Assembly (NCBI GenBank): GCA_951406725.2 | Contig: OX597828.1 | Span: 21,824,001 to 21,888,000 of the forward strand | DNA: 64,000 bases | Source: Octopus vulgaris | Lineage: Eukaryota | Reading direction: 5' to 3' | Shown here: positions 16,048 to 28,759 of the stretch, piece by piece | How the letters are laid out: the number at the start of each line of letters is the position of its first letter | How positions within the stretch are numbered: the first letter of the stretch is position 1 | The notes under the pieces: model-generated | Told to the model about the DNA's origin: nothing | Database searches by the model: none | The model's input: only the letters and a program-made list of their open reading frames with translations | Translations under genes and position numbers: made by a program

Positions 16048-16983
16048 AATAAAAAAAAAAGTACCATTCTCCGAATTGAGTTGAGGCTACCGATTAATCC
16101 AGCTCCCCTCAAAATTACCTTCCGTGTGCCAAGAATTGTTGTTAACAAGCAATATAACGACTGAATAGACACGGCTTTTGAGTCACATTTAGGTATTACA
16201 GAGTTATGGTACTGATAGTTTTTTTTATATTTTACTCATCGGTTGGACAGAATACTAAATACCAACGAATGTGAAAATGACAGTCCGTGTTTGACAATCG
16301 TCATCAAGTTTCCTCTACTTTCAACAGATTCAAAACCACGGATCACCATCTTTAGCTTTCTCGTGCTGTCCTTATACATTCACTGTATTTTTAAGAGTTG
16401 TCCAATTCTTTATATTATCCATCCGCATAATTATTATCCACCCCCTTTTCTCATTATTTTGCCTTCTATTAATAATCTCTGTAATCCATATTTTAATTAA
16501 GTGTCCAAAATAGTTTTTCTCCCTCTTTGATGGTGTCTAATAAAAATTTTCTTAATTTTAGACATTATTAGTGCCTCATCATCGCTTTATGTTCTCTATC
16601 CGCGGTATTCTCGGAAGTTTTCTATATGCGCTCATCACAAATGCTTGTAATCTATTTAATAATATCAACGTCCATGGCAATTTTATTAACGTCCATTGCA
16701 ATTAGTTACATAACAAAGCATAATGAATGTCTTGTAGTTACATAATAAATTTGAATGATTGGCTACTATATAACTCATTGATTGGGTAGTAAAAATATAA
16801 TACAGCTCAATGATTTGCTATGAAATATATTATACAATTGTGTTCATTACTCTTTATATAATACAATTAAATGTTTGACTAAAATATGTATCTTTAACTG
16901 ATTAGTAATAACTGGAAATTAGGATAAGTAGTTCTCGTATATAATTTTGATTCGTTTAAGTTCGTATAAACCATCACTTCTTC

Positions 16984-17236
16984 ATATACGTAGGAGTACT
17001 CCGTCGGTTACTACGACGAGGGTCCCAGCTGATACGATCAACGGAACATTTTGCTCTTGAAATTAACGTGCAAGTGGCTGAGCACTCCACAGATGCATGC
17101 AGTCTTAACGTAGTTCTCAAGGATATTCAGTGGGACACGGAGTGTGACAAGGCTGGCCCTTTGAAATACAGGTACTGCTCATTTTTTCCAGCTGAGCGAA
17201 CAGGAACAACATGAAATGAAGTGTCTTGCTCAACAC
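16984..17236 (-). mobile_element. 5'-truncated SINE fragment
   Basis: Contains gctgagcgaacaggaacaacatgaaatgaagtgtcttgctcaa, shared with the SINEs at 13620 and 52940. Confidence 0.6.
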
Positions 17237-17237
17237 A

Positions 17238-17948
17238 ATTTCTAGTTAAGTAATCACTTTTAAACTTCGTATAAAACATCATTTTTTCTTGGCTTTATTG
17301 AGAAAATTCTATATGCTGTAACATATTTCGTCTTTAATTTCGAGCATTTCGGCAATTTTAACCAATCGCTTACGTCCATTTAGGTAATTAACATTCTGTG
17401 CATAATGAATATGTCCCCTCCTTTAAGAAACAGATTGGGTTTATTTACATTTGAGAAGAAAAAAGATACTCTTCCCCTACCCCTACACCTAACCCTAACC
17501 CTAACTTTAACCCTAATCCTAACTAACCCTAACTCTCACCCTAAATCTAAAATAGATTGAAATGCAATAGATCGATACTAGGGTTATAATTATGGGTGAC
17601 AATTTCATACGACACCGCTACGGAAAATGGGATTTTTTTCTAGCGGTGTCAAATGAAAATGTCACCCATAATTATGGCCCTAGTATCGATATATTGCATT
17701 TCAATCTATTTTAGATTGAGGGTTAGTTAGGGTTAGGGTTAAAGTTAGGGTTAGGGGTGGTGAAATGATATCTTTTTTCTTCTCATTGCCGAAATGCTCG
17801 AAAGTAAAGACGAAATATCTTACAACCTATAGAATTTTCTCAATAAAGCCAAGAGAAAATGATGTTTTATAAACACATTCTACCAGTATACGAAGTTTAA
17901 AACTTTTTAGTTACCTAGAAATTATGCCGTTCAAAAGGAAAAGATCCC
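17238..17948. mobile_element. Two inverted copies of a non-autonomous DNA element containing (CCTAAC)n tracts, forming a ~700-bp quasi-palindrome
   Basis: 17238-17625 is reverse-complementary to 17635-17923 (gacaccgcta/tagcggtgtc, gggtgacaatttca/tgaaaatgtcaccc, ggctttattgagaaaattct/agaattttctcaataaagcc). The right copy has short TIRs tgggat..ttt / aaaagatccca. Confidence 0.8.
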
Positions 17949-18481
17949 ACAGACGAACTACGGTTAAGCATTTCGCTGGGCGTGCTAACATTACTCCCAT
18001 CTGGCCCTCTTGCAACCTTTACATTCCAAATCCAGTGTTAGGTTAGGTCAGTTTTCATCCCTTTGTACGAAATCTGCAAAAAAAAATGTCTGTGTCGGAA
18101 AAGAAATTGTTGGCGGTGTTAACAATTCTCAATAAAATAGAATTAAATCTAACGTGGAAAAATTGTTAACGCACCGGGCAAAATTGCATAGCGGTAATTT
18201 CGCTTGATTTGAGGTTCTGAGTTCAAATTCTGCCGGGGTCGAATTTGCCTTTTATTTTTTCGAGATCGATAAAATAATTTTCAGTTGAGGAATGGGGTCG
18301 ATATAATTGGCCTACTTACTTGTTGGCCTTGTACCAAAATTTGAATCCTATAAATTAAAATTAAACATAAAACCGTACTTATTCATTCTATTAGAAATAT
18401 TTTAATTAATGGAATCAATACTTGATAATAGTCACTGTAACACATACATGTATGTTTATGTATGTGTGTGTGTGTGTGTGT

Positions 18482-18616
18482 GAAGGCACATGGCTTAGTG
18501 TTTAGAGCGTCGGGCTCACAATAACGAATTTGTGAGCTCGAAGCCCGGACCGGGCTGTGTGTTGTGTTCTTCAGCAAGACACTTTATTTACGTTGCTCCA
18601 GTACACCCAGGTGTAG
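18482..18616 (+). mobile_element. SINE 5' part (tRNA head)
   Basis: gaaggcacatggcttagtgtttagagcgtcgggctcaca...tgtgttcttcagcaagacactttatttacgttgctccagt. Confidence 0.65.
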
Positions 18617-18794
18617 AAAAAACCCTCGATAAAAAAGGAAGGCTTTCCTATCCTCGTGGAGTCGAACCCACATCCCTTTGTTAACACCACTAAGTGTGTT
18701 GAAGGATTGTAAGAACGGCGCCGTATAAAAAAAAAAACATTCGCACCGAAAGCAATAGAAAGTTAGTTTACATATAAAAAAAAACAGGAACTAT

Positions 18795-18905
18795 TATATT
18801 TCTTAAATTTGACAGAAAAAGGGAGGCTGATTCGCTGGTGTAAATGTAACACAGTTGCGTTAACAATGAGATGTGGATTCGACTCCCACGCGGATAGGAA
18901 CGCCT
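18795..18905 (+). repeat. tRNA-like Pol III module, inverted relative to 19308-19424
   Basis: A-box-like TGGTGTAAATG and B-box-like GATTCGACTCC, ending cggataggaa; a partial third copy lies at 18640-18700 (-). Confidence 0.6.
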
Positions 18906-19307
18906 ACTTTTTCTTCGCGGGATTATATTACGCTTTATAAGACTACTTTCCTTAGTCATTGTACGGTAATCGCTTTAAGCCTATTTAAAAAAGCTATTAT
19001 ATATGACTAGCCATTAGGTACTATATATATATATACGTTTCTTAATTCCCGGTAAGTGGCTTGAATTTCGAGAGTTGCAACTGAAGCAGTTACCCCAGTG
19101 CAAAGCAATTGATGTCAAACTTTTAACACAGCAAGTTAAAGATTTCACCGCACACCTGCCACTAAGTTTTAAAAGAACGTATAAAGGAAATGAAAAATAT
19201 AATGGCTTGTATATTTACGACATATCATAATGATTCATAATTAAAATTTCATGTTTACGTCTTTCCCTTGATGTCAGCCATATCTTAGTGCTTATGTGTT
19301 TTCCAAA

Positions 19308-19424
19308 AGGCTTTCCTATCCGCGTGGGAGTCGAACCCACATTTCTTTGTTAACGCGACTAAGTGTGTTAACCTTTACACCAGCGAATCAGCCTCCCGTT
19401 TTCTGTCAAATTTAAGAACTATAG
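19308..19424 (-). repeat. tRNA-like Pol III module
   Basis: Minus strand: gctgattcgcTGGTGTAAAGGttaacacacttagtcgcgttaacaaagaaatgtgGGTTCGACTCCcacgcggataggaaagcc. Confidence 0.6.
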
Positions 19425-19767
19425 TATGTTATTGTGAAAACACAATAACATACTATACTAGTGTAGTATTACGTAGGACCTCTGTCGATCTGTGTATACC
19501 ATGCGAGGTAGGTTGATTTGAAGCAGACCAGCAGTTGCTCATGCATGCTGGTCAACCCTCTCGAAACCATCGATGTCTCTTCAAGAGAAGAAATGCCAAC
19601 TTGAGTGAAGACAGCTTGGATCTAGTGAAGTCATGGGCGTTACAGTCAGACGCAGAAGCGGAATATGATAGATATGACAAAACATCTCAGCAAAATGTCT
19701 AATAGTTCGTCTATCTACCGATTTAGAAAACTCTAAGTTATTAAATACAATTCCACTTAATGAAAAT

Positions 19768-19925
19768 ATATTTCTTTATTGCCCACAAGGGGCTAAATAT
19801 AGAGGTGACAAACAAGGACAGACAAAGGGATTAAGTCGATTACATCGACCCCAGTGCGTAACTGGTACTTAACTTATCGACCCCGAAAGGATGAAAGGCT
19901 AACGATTCCGCCAGCTCGCCGCCTT
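19768..19925 (-). mobile_element. Nin-like SINE with internal deletion
   Basis: Matches 12695-12926 with the middle segment missing. Confidence 0.75.
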
Positions 19926-20039
19926 TGAAAATAATAAGTGATATTATTAACGCGAAGCATTCTTTGAACAATAATAATAACAATAATATTAATATTTCTG
20001 ATATAAATTCGAATCTAATTCGTTTCGTTAGCAGTAATT

Positions 20040-20360
20040 CTAAGACTAGAAACTTTGTTTATCAATGTAAAATGACTTCTTGTTCTGATGTCTTCTTCTA
20101 TATAGGTAGCTCTTCGTCTCAGTTGTCGAAAAGAATACCTATCCATTATTCTACATTTAGAAATATCAATAAACGCAAAAATACTGGGCTTAGTAAATTA
20201 ATTTGGTCTCTAAAGGAACATTACGTTTTGGAATGGAAAAATTCTATCTAGATCCTTCCTGTATGACAAAGGTAAATCTTTTTGTTCGCTCTGTGACGAA
20301 GAGCTATTTTTCAACATTCGTTGTAAACATGGGCAAAGACATACTTGTAGTTCCTTTAAT
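20040..20360 (+). pseudogene. Penelope-like element GIY-YIG endonuclease remnant
   Basis: RNFVYQCKMTSCSDVFFYIGSSSSQLSKRIPIHYSTFRNINKRKNTGLSKLIWSLKE..LEWK, then frameshifted YDKGKSFCSLCDEELFF (VY..YIG, R..H..F, CxLCxxE pattern). Confidence 0.8.
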
Positions 20361-20824
20361 TCCTACCAATCTATAAAATTCCACCTTTGACCGTTTCCTT
20401 ACGTTTCATTTCCACTACATATATCAAGGGAAAGACGTAAACATGAAATTCCACGCTTTTAAGCATTATTCACATTCATATATCACATTATATTCTTCTA
20501 ACCCTAATTTTTTGTTAATTTCTCCCTTTGTCCTCCTTCTCTTTCTCTAATTTACCTTTGACGTTAAATCTATTAAGGGTTTTATTAAATATAACTTGCT
20601 AGCATTTTCCTTACATCATATGCTTACGTACGTGGTAATCACATTCGGTTAAAATGGCTTATTGATGTGCTTTGATTTATTTTTTCTGATGAGATGATTG
20701 CATTGGTTTGCATCATTTTTATTTCCTCCGGAATAATCTCAATGCTGCCTTCGAATCTTAGGTTGGATGTATACATAATTTGAATATCACCTCTATTTCT
20801 TAATTTATCCATGTTATTTATATG

Positions 20825-20874
<50 letters not shown>

Positions 20875-20905
20875 TGTATATATGTATATATGTATGTATG
20901 CGTGC

Positions 20906-20940
<35 letters not shown>

Positions 20941-21009
20941 ACAGGCATCTTTCACTTTCCATCAACCAAATCTATTCAAATGTTTTTTCGGCCAATGGCT
21001 ATACTAGAA

Positions 21010-21464
21010 TTTACTGATGAAAATATACTGGCTTTGGGTAAAGGAATATAAAAGAGGATCAGTTAATTCTGATTTTATTCAACATATACCCCTTGAAAAG
21101 TAACACTTATTGGAGCAGTCCTTCATTTTTTTCAAGACCTCTACAAAAATCTTAGAAATCAGGAACCTTTCAGCACCCCATCGTATGTGTGTACGCGCGC
21201 GTGTGTGTGTGTGTATGTATGTATGTATGTATGTATGTATTTATGTATACGAAGCGGTGCTAAAATTTTCCTGCCTTTGGGTGAAAGAAAAATACACGAG
21301 GATCAATTAATTATGATCTTATTCAACATATTTCCCTCTAAAATCCACACACTTATTGCAGCGGTCCTTCTGCTTTTCTAGTCGCTATAAAAGAACTCGG
21401 AAGGTTATGTCTCCCGGAATTTAGCGATATCCTTAAAGCTAGGAAATTTTCAGCGCTTCTTCGT
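21010..21464. mobile_element. Two adjacent mariner-derived MITEs (~21010-21185 and 21248-21464)
   Basis: Shared body ctttgggt.aa.gaa...gaggatca.ttaatt.tgat.ttattcaacata; TIR pair tacgaagcggtgctaaaattttcct / aggaaattttcagcgcttcttcgt. Confidence 0.7.
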
Positions 21465-21619
21465 TTCCATACACAAACACACTCACTAAATGAATAAATA
21501 TTCGAAAATATTGATATAGATACTATTATTAAATATTATCATTAGTAAAATGAATAATAACAATAATATAAGTGGACATAAAGCAAAAGGCTAATAAATG
21601 GCAAATATAAAATATTATT

Positions 21620-21864
21620 ATTATTTTATAATTATAATAGGGCACACGAGGTACCAGCATTGTTGCGAAAATTAGAGTCGAAAATTCCTCGATCCAGGGA
21701 TATCTATTTCCATAGTGTACGGCTTTCGGCCAAGTTGGTAAGTTCATTCCTTTGTTCGTAGCCCGATTTCTGTTGTGCTTGTTGGTTTTGTTAGAGGATT
21801 TTTGGACTCTGCTTTTCACAGCAAGTATGGCACCTCGTGTGTCCTATTATAATTATAAAATAAT
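21620..21864. mobile_element. MITE-like element with ~70-bp TIRs
   Basis: attattttataattataatagggcacacgaggtacc... is the near reverse complement of ...ggcacctcgtgtgtcctattataattataaaataat. Confidence 0.75.
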
Positions 21865-21916
21865 CATAAAATTTTGGGTATGTGTATCAGGTGTCTTGCA
21901 ACACAAATTCATGAAG

Positions 21917-21980
<64 letters not shown>

Positions 21981-22079
21981 TTATAACGGGGGAAAGTTTA
22001 CGAAAAAAACAAAAGACGAAGGCAGGTGGAGTACAAACAAATGTATTAGTATAGCGCTCATGAATAGAAATAGAAAAAG

Positions 22080-22117
22080 TCTTTTACGTTTCGAGCCTAC
22101 GCTCTTCGACAGAAAGA
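22080..22117 (-). ncRNA. Minimal type I hammerhead ribozyme-like motif inside a short (TA)n-adjacent repeat (~21983-22160)
   Basis: Minus strand reads UCUUU-CUGUCGA-A-GAGC(GUAG)GCUC-GAAA-CG-UA-AAAGA: 5-bp stem I, GUA cleavage triplet, core A6->U. Confidence 0.6.
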
Positions 22118-22206
22118 TACACAGAAAAAAACAAGGAGAGAAAAACGGAGAGAAAAAATGGAATGGAGTGGAATAAATACACTTTCGTGTGTTTGATATA
22201 TATATA

Positions 22207-22603
22207 GGCGCAGGAGTGGCTGTGTGGTAAGTAGCTTGCTAACCAATCACATGGTTCCGGGTTCAGTCCCACTGCGTGGCATCTTGGGCAAGTGTCTTCT
22301 GCTATAGCCCCGGGCCGACCAATGCCTTGTGAGTGGATTTGGTAGACGGAAACTGAAAGAAGCCTGTCGTATATATGTATATATATATATATATGTGTGT
22401 GTGTGTTTGTGTGTGTGTGTTTGTCCCCCTAGCATTGCTTGACAACCGATGCTGGTGTGTTTACGTCCCCGTCACTTAGCGGTTCGGCAAAGGAGACCGA
22501 TAGAATAAGTACTGGGCTTACAAAGAATAAGTCCCGGGGTCGATTTGCTCGACTAAAGGTGCTGCTCCAGCATGGCCGCAGTCAAATGACTGAAACAAGT
22601 AAA

Positions 22604-22606
<3 letters not shown>
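22207..22606 (+). mobile_element. Full-length young tRNA-derived SINE with internal microsatellite
   Basis: A box TGGCTGTGTGG, B box GGTTCAGTCCC, body cttgggcaagtgtcttct...gagtggatttggtagacggaaactgaaagaagcc, tail gactgaaacaagtaaaaga; near-identical to 63350-63752. Confidence 0.9.
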
Positions 22607-22676
<70 letters not shown>

Positions 22677-23668
22677 TGTATGTATGTATGTATGTATGTA
22701 TGTATGTATGTATGTATGTATGTATGTATGTATGTTTCCACATACCTTTGCGTGCGTGTATACAAGTGTGTTGTTGTTTTTATGTGCATTCGTGTATATG
22801 TGTACGTACTTTCTTTTCGTGGGTATTTCACTATTTTTGAGTTACCTTCCTTTATTGAAATAGGCACACCAGTGGGCAGCATTGGCTGTCAAAACCGATG
22901 TGCTGCAACGCTTAGGAGAACACATTACAACACATCAGGCTCTTAGTTTCAGCTTTAAACTGATAATAGATAATCTGCAAATGGTAAATTGAAAGCCTGC
23001 TTGAAACACGAAAGCTTAAATCATTCCAACCACCCAGCCTACTATCCGACCAACAACACTTTTCGTTTCAAGTTAAAGGAAATTAATTTAAAGCCTACCT
23101 TCAAATGAAATTTCGCGTTTATAAATACCTTGTGCGCAATTTGCAGCAAGCATCTGAGTAAACAGTATCTATAAAATAACACCCACCAAAACCCATAATT
23201 GTCGTAATTACTTTACTCCGGCTCATATTATTTGTCTTGCTACTTTATCGAGGAAAAGGTGTCTGTTATGTACTACGGGATTTACAAATCTATTCCAATA
23301 GCTTTCTTTCTCTTTCTCCCTCCATCCCGCTCTCTCTTTCTCTCTCTGACTTTGTGTATTTTGCTCTCCCTATAAAACCTGCATTGGTTTTAAAGACGGC
23401 CTCCTTTTTAATGACATGTCAAACCTATTCAACATATAACGACCATAACCGTTACTGTTAGGTTGGATTAAGAGAACAAGAGTAAAGCGTTGGAATGGAG
23501 TGGAATAAATACACTTTAGTGTGTTTGATATTGATATCTACAGTGACGTATATACATATGTAAGCATGCTTCATATATATACTTACATATACACATATAT
23601 ATATATACATATATATATGTATATGCCTAAATATATACATATATATATATACACATACATATATATAC

Positions 23669-23708
<40 letters not shown>

Positions 23709-23912
23709 GTATATATATGTATATATATATGTATTCATACACATATACACACATATATACAATACACACACACATATATATATAATTTGTATATGTAAAT
23801 ATATACATATACATACACACACACGCATACAGGCTCGCACACACACACATAAGTAGATGCCTGTGTGTTTATGTATGCATTCATGTATGTATGTATATCG
23901 ATGTGTAATTTT

Positions 23913-23945
<33 letters not shown>

Positions 23946-24255
23946 GCTGGGCGATAGTAAATGTAAAGATGAAAATGACGAAAACAAGCTAGAACCAGTA
24001 TGAAAAGGTGGCAGCGATGGTGGCGGGAATGAGAAGCTGTGGGAGATGTAATTCAGGGGGAGAAAATAAAGAACCAATTCAAGAAAAAAGAAAATGAAAA
24101 CCACAAAAAGAAAAGCCAAACCAATAAAGAAAAAAACAAAACATAGTTAATCATTTTAATACAGTATCAGGTGGTACATAGAGCTCGGCGAATATAATGG
24201 AAACAAGCTTATATTTCCAAAATGATGCCTATTTTTCTGTCTGTTTGTCTGTCTG

Positions 24256-24310
<55 letters not shown>

Positions 24311-24375
24311 CTACCTACCTATCAATCTGTCTTCTTTGTCTCAGGCTATTTCTCTGTATAGGCACAAACACGCAC

Positions 24376-24446
<71 letters not shown>

Positions 24447-24865
24447 CAATATTAAATTATATTTATTATATGTGTATGTATATACATACATAGTATATAT
24501 TTATAGGCATATATATAAATACACACTCATACATATATATATACATATATATGTATATATGCATATATATATGTGTGTGTGTAGGTGTGCATATATATAT
24601 ATATATATTTATATATACATACGTACATTCATACTCGTATTCATAGTCAAACACACACACACACAGACACACACACACACACACACACAGACACACATGT
24701 GAGCGAATTATCAAGCTGAAGAATAAATGCTGTCCAAATGTTGTACGCATTCTTCTATTTTCCTGTGTTCATCGAATAGTATGACACCTGGTGGCAGTTA
24801 CTGAAGCTTTTGATCAGCTATCAAAAATTAAGCAGAAACCATGTCATGCGTGTGTGGCTTTGTAT

Positions 24866-24897
<32 letters not shown>

Positions 24898-25310
24898 CTG
24901 CTGCTCTCGTCTTGTTATTGTCTTTGTACGCATGGAAATAATGACGCCGACGACGACGACGATAATGATGAGAATGATCGCATTGGAATTTAAGGGCGGT
25001 CGTGATGTAAATGGCAGCGGTGAGGGTGCAGATGTTGACGATGATGATGATCGTGATGGTGATGATCACGGTGGTGTTGCCGGTGGCGGTGGTGCTGCTG
25101 TTCCTGCTGCTGCTGATGGCTGTAGTAGTGATTGTGATAGTGGTGGTTCAAGATTTATTTGATCTTTCATATTGTACTAGGCCAGCCATTATCCATTAGA
25201 CTCATCTCGATCATAGCTGATCCAACGATGACTCACCATCCACTTCTCTCTCTGTCTCTGCCTATCTGTCTGTCTATCTGTCTGTCTTTCTCGTTATATA
25301 TATACATATA

Positions 25311-25768
25311 TAATTAAAACATAATGTTAAAGTCTGGTAACCAATGGTTTTGTATCCACGAAAGCTACGGCCTTCTGGACAGCTCAGCACATTCCATAGA
25401 AAGATCTCACTGAGGCAGAGAAAAGGCTAGGGTAAAATTGTCCAATGGCTAACAGAGAAATTATACTATGCCTGGTTTGTTAAATAATCGTAAAGAAATT
25501 TTCTCAAAATGTGTTCATTTCAAGCGCTACCTACTGGAAAACTCTGTTACCCCGTTTGCTGCCGAAGTTAATAAGAGACCTTAGCGAAATTTATCATCTA
25601 GTCCGTAGGTGATAACCCGTCCTCAATAACTTTCTTTCCTAGCGTTTCTCCAAAAGTTGAAATTGTCTTTGTGCAGAGCCTGATAAACTGTTCACAAAGC
25701 TATAGCTTTCGTAGATACGAAACCATTGGTCACCTTATGTCCAGGCTTTTTAACTTTTTGTTTTAATA
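25311..25768. mobile_element. Inverted pair of decayed hammerhead-like repeats (PLE pLTR-like)
   Basis: 25311-25390 is an imperfect reverse complement of 25670-25768. The plus copy reads CTGATAA..AAAGC(TATA)GCTTT..GAAA-CCATTGG-TC..ccaggc. Confidence 0.55.
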
Positions 25769-25806
25769 CTGCTCTATTCTTTAGAGCGTGCTTCTTATTC
25801 TGATAT

Positions 25807-25857
<51 letters not shown>

Positions 25858-25882
25858 TCTATGTCTATCTATCTATCTATCT

Positions 25883-25929
<47 letters not shown>

Positions 25930-25933
25930 CCCA

Positions 25934-26330
25934 TGCAGAGAAAAACCAAAATGCCCATTGACGAACCTCTGTATGAGTAGAGGTCTTGTATATAAATGTA
26001 CCGTGCAAACAAGGGGAGAGCCGTATGTTTACATTGGGCAGTCTGCTGGTTCATTTAAAAATCGTTATCGTAGCCATATCGCCAGCTTTAAGAGAAACAA
26101 TAAGTGACATTGAACATTCTTGACCGATTTTGTATCGCGACTCAAGGATGAGCATAACGTACTCCATAGTAAGGCACACCAAACCATACAATATAATTTC
26201 CAGGAGATTCCGTCTCTGCTACGAAGAATCCCTAACTATTCTGAGAACTAATGGGAAGATCATTAATAGAATTTCTGAAAGACTCTCTAGATGCCTATAG
26301 TCATTTAAATGTACTTTAACACAATTCAAT
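25934..26330 (+). pseudogene. Penelope-like element Zn-knuckle plus GIY-YIG endonuclease remnant
   Basis: CREKPKCPLTNLCMSRGLVYKCTVQTRGEPYVYIGQSAGSFKNRYRSHIASFKRNNK*...TKPYN..SRRFRLCYEESLTIL; not in the supplied ORF track. Confidence 0.85.
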
Positions 26331-26818
26331 GGGAATGAATTTGAGTAACTGTTAACATAGTTTTATTTAAACTATGGATGAAATAGGTTTAGTTCTAACC
26401 TCCCCATTCTTATAAACACCAAGTAACTATTTATCTCGTTTTGCGATCATGAGTGTACCAAACCACACGTCCGCATATGCTTACATTTTCGCATATGCTT
26501 ACATGAGTGTACACAGGCAATGCAGCTTCCACATGGCGTTTATACATCCATATTTATCAACGTTTATTTTTGATACCTTTCTCTCTGCACTGAGTGCTCG
26601 TTTCTTTTTTGCATCTTTTGATTCTATTTGTAATCTTCTATGTAAATGAAGATATTTCCTTCGTTTTGCTGTTTTTCTTTCTACGAAATGATAATATGTA
26701 TCGCGAAACTGTTATTTTAAAGAGCTGTGTCTATTTGTCACCCGATGAGACACACCTGCACCGTCGGATGCTCCTGAACCAGTTGGTGAGTAATTCCACC
26801 CGTGAGGGATAGATGCTA

Positions 26819-27390
26819 CACGGACATGCAGGAGGGAAATAGACACCTTTAATTTTCAAAATCTGTTATTTGATATTAATTATTTGAAGGAGAGGTTTTC
26901 TTGTAGCTGCTCGTCCATAATACCCAAGCTTATGCAGATATGTAACACATGTTCTTGGACTAACTTCTAGCTGTTTTGCAAAGTCAGTACCCTTCGAACG
27001 CAGTTCGTTTTCAACAATTCTCTTCAAACAGCGAAGATTCCTTTCCGAGGACCCAGGTCGGCCGGGACGACGATCTGTTGATTCTTTTTCTTGGCTTTTG
27101 AATTGCACTATCATTCTATTAACAGTAGCGATCTGAAGAGTTTTTGACAACTTTTCGTTGGTTAAGACCAGCCTCAGATTGCCCAACAATACGACCTCTT
27201 TGAAAATATGACAGTTCTGCTGAATGGTTAATCTTCGCATGGTTACTCTTCACAAATGTTTAATATAATGGCACCCGGAATGAAAATGAATAATTATATT
27301 GTAAATTCTATACCGATGAAAACATAGTAAGACGCTTAGGTAAGAAATTTTGAATATTAAATGCGTCTATTTACTTCCTGCATGTCTGTG
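26819..27390 (-). mobile_element. Internally deleted Tc1 element, transposase N-terminus only
   Basis: TIRs cacggacatgcaggagggaaatagac / gtctatttacttcctgcatgtctgtg flanked by TA. ORF 26866-27240 contains RRPGRP and HKLGYYGRAATRKPLL. Confidence 0.85.
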
Positions 27391-28567
27391 TAGGTGTGTT
27401 GAAATAATGGTCATGATTAATAATCAATTCTTATATATTCCATCTTCCGTCTTTTATTGCCCATACACCTCCCTCGCCACGCATATATATATAAGTGACT
27501 TTATTATTCAATGTGCCCTTCCTTTCAAACAAAACGGCAAATTTTGAAGCGAGGAGGATTTGGTCGCTATTTCTTGTACGTCTCGGGGCTACACTTACGG
27601 CTTCATCGTTGGTAGGACAATGTTGTCTTTGTGGTGGTTTCCTGTATTTTAATGGTTCGATAGTTTGTTGCATTTGTTTCTGGTGGAACACATGCGATAT
27701 TGAGAGGCCTATTGTTATACATATTTTGCACCTGGTCTGCGATGATTCAACCAATCTCTGCTCAACGACGTAGCATCAATGACTATCCCTGTTTTTATAC
27801 TTTTGAACTGTGTATTTAAAACCAAATCCTTTAATATATTTTATCTATTGTTAAAAAATAACAGGGCCTGATGTAAGGGGTATCTACTTGCTATATTTAG
27901 CAAAGTGATCGCCTATAGGCTACTTTGTTGACCGTTCGTTCTGTAGCACCTCGGGTAAGACTGGTTTATTGCCAGGGTCAGTCGTGTTTCACTAGGCCTG
28001 TGATTAAATGCGATGGAACCAAGCGACCTTCTCTGATTATTCGGTGTGTTTAGAGATATGAATAGGAACACACACACACATATCAACAGCACCGCCATCA
28101 ACAACATAATCATCAGCATCATGATAATGAAAATGATGATGATGACGATGATGATAATGATGATGATGATGATAGTGATGATGAAGATGATGATGATTAT
28201 CATCATCATCATCAACAGCAGCAGCAGCAGCAGCATTATCATTGTCGTTATGACGACGACGGCGACGATGATGATTATGATAAAACAGGGGACAACTGAT
28301 GAAGGGAATGTCCTTCATGTTGCATGTCTCGTTTCTCTATTTGTTTCTTTCGTTGTTCGAAGGAAGTTCGTTTTCTATACTTTTTGTTTTTTATGTTCTC
28401 GTTTCTCAATTTGTTCACGTTTTTTTTATGTCCTGTACCCATATACGTATGTATATATACATATATATGTAGGTATGTACAAATATATATGTACATATGC
28501 ATATATTTATATATTATATACTATATGTATATATTATATATCATATATTATATATCATATATTATAT

Positions 28568-28672
<105 letters not shown>

Positions 28673-28759
28673 CATATACACAGGTATGAGACAGAATTAA
28701 ATAGACAGACCATGAAATATCGTCTTACGTTTCATTCTAACAAGTAAAAGTTTATATTT

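Noticed and set aside
18795-19424. Possible genuine tRNA genes
   Set aside because: A and B boxes are present, but I could not form an acceptor stem or cloverleaf and the copies differ by indels; treated as tRNA-like repeats.
24932-25162. Gly/Asp/Ala-rich 76-aa ORF
   Set aside because: Degenerate trinucleotide-repeat mosaic with no evidence of coding.
27431-27773. Overlapping ORFs of 107 aa and 92 aa in higher-complexity sequence
   Set aside because: No recognisable domain or splice support; probably a decayed TE fragment.
28290-28330. CTGATGAAGGG..CCTT hammerhead-like start
   Set aside because: No GAAA, stem III or cleavage triplet at a suitable distance.
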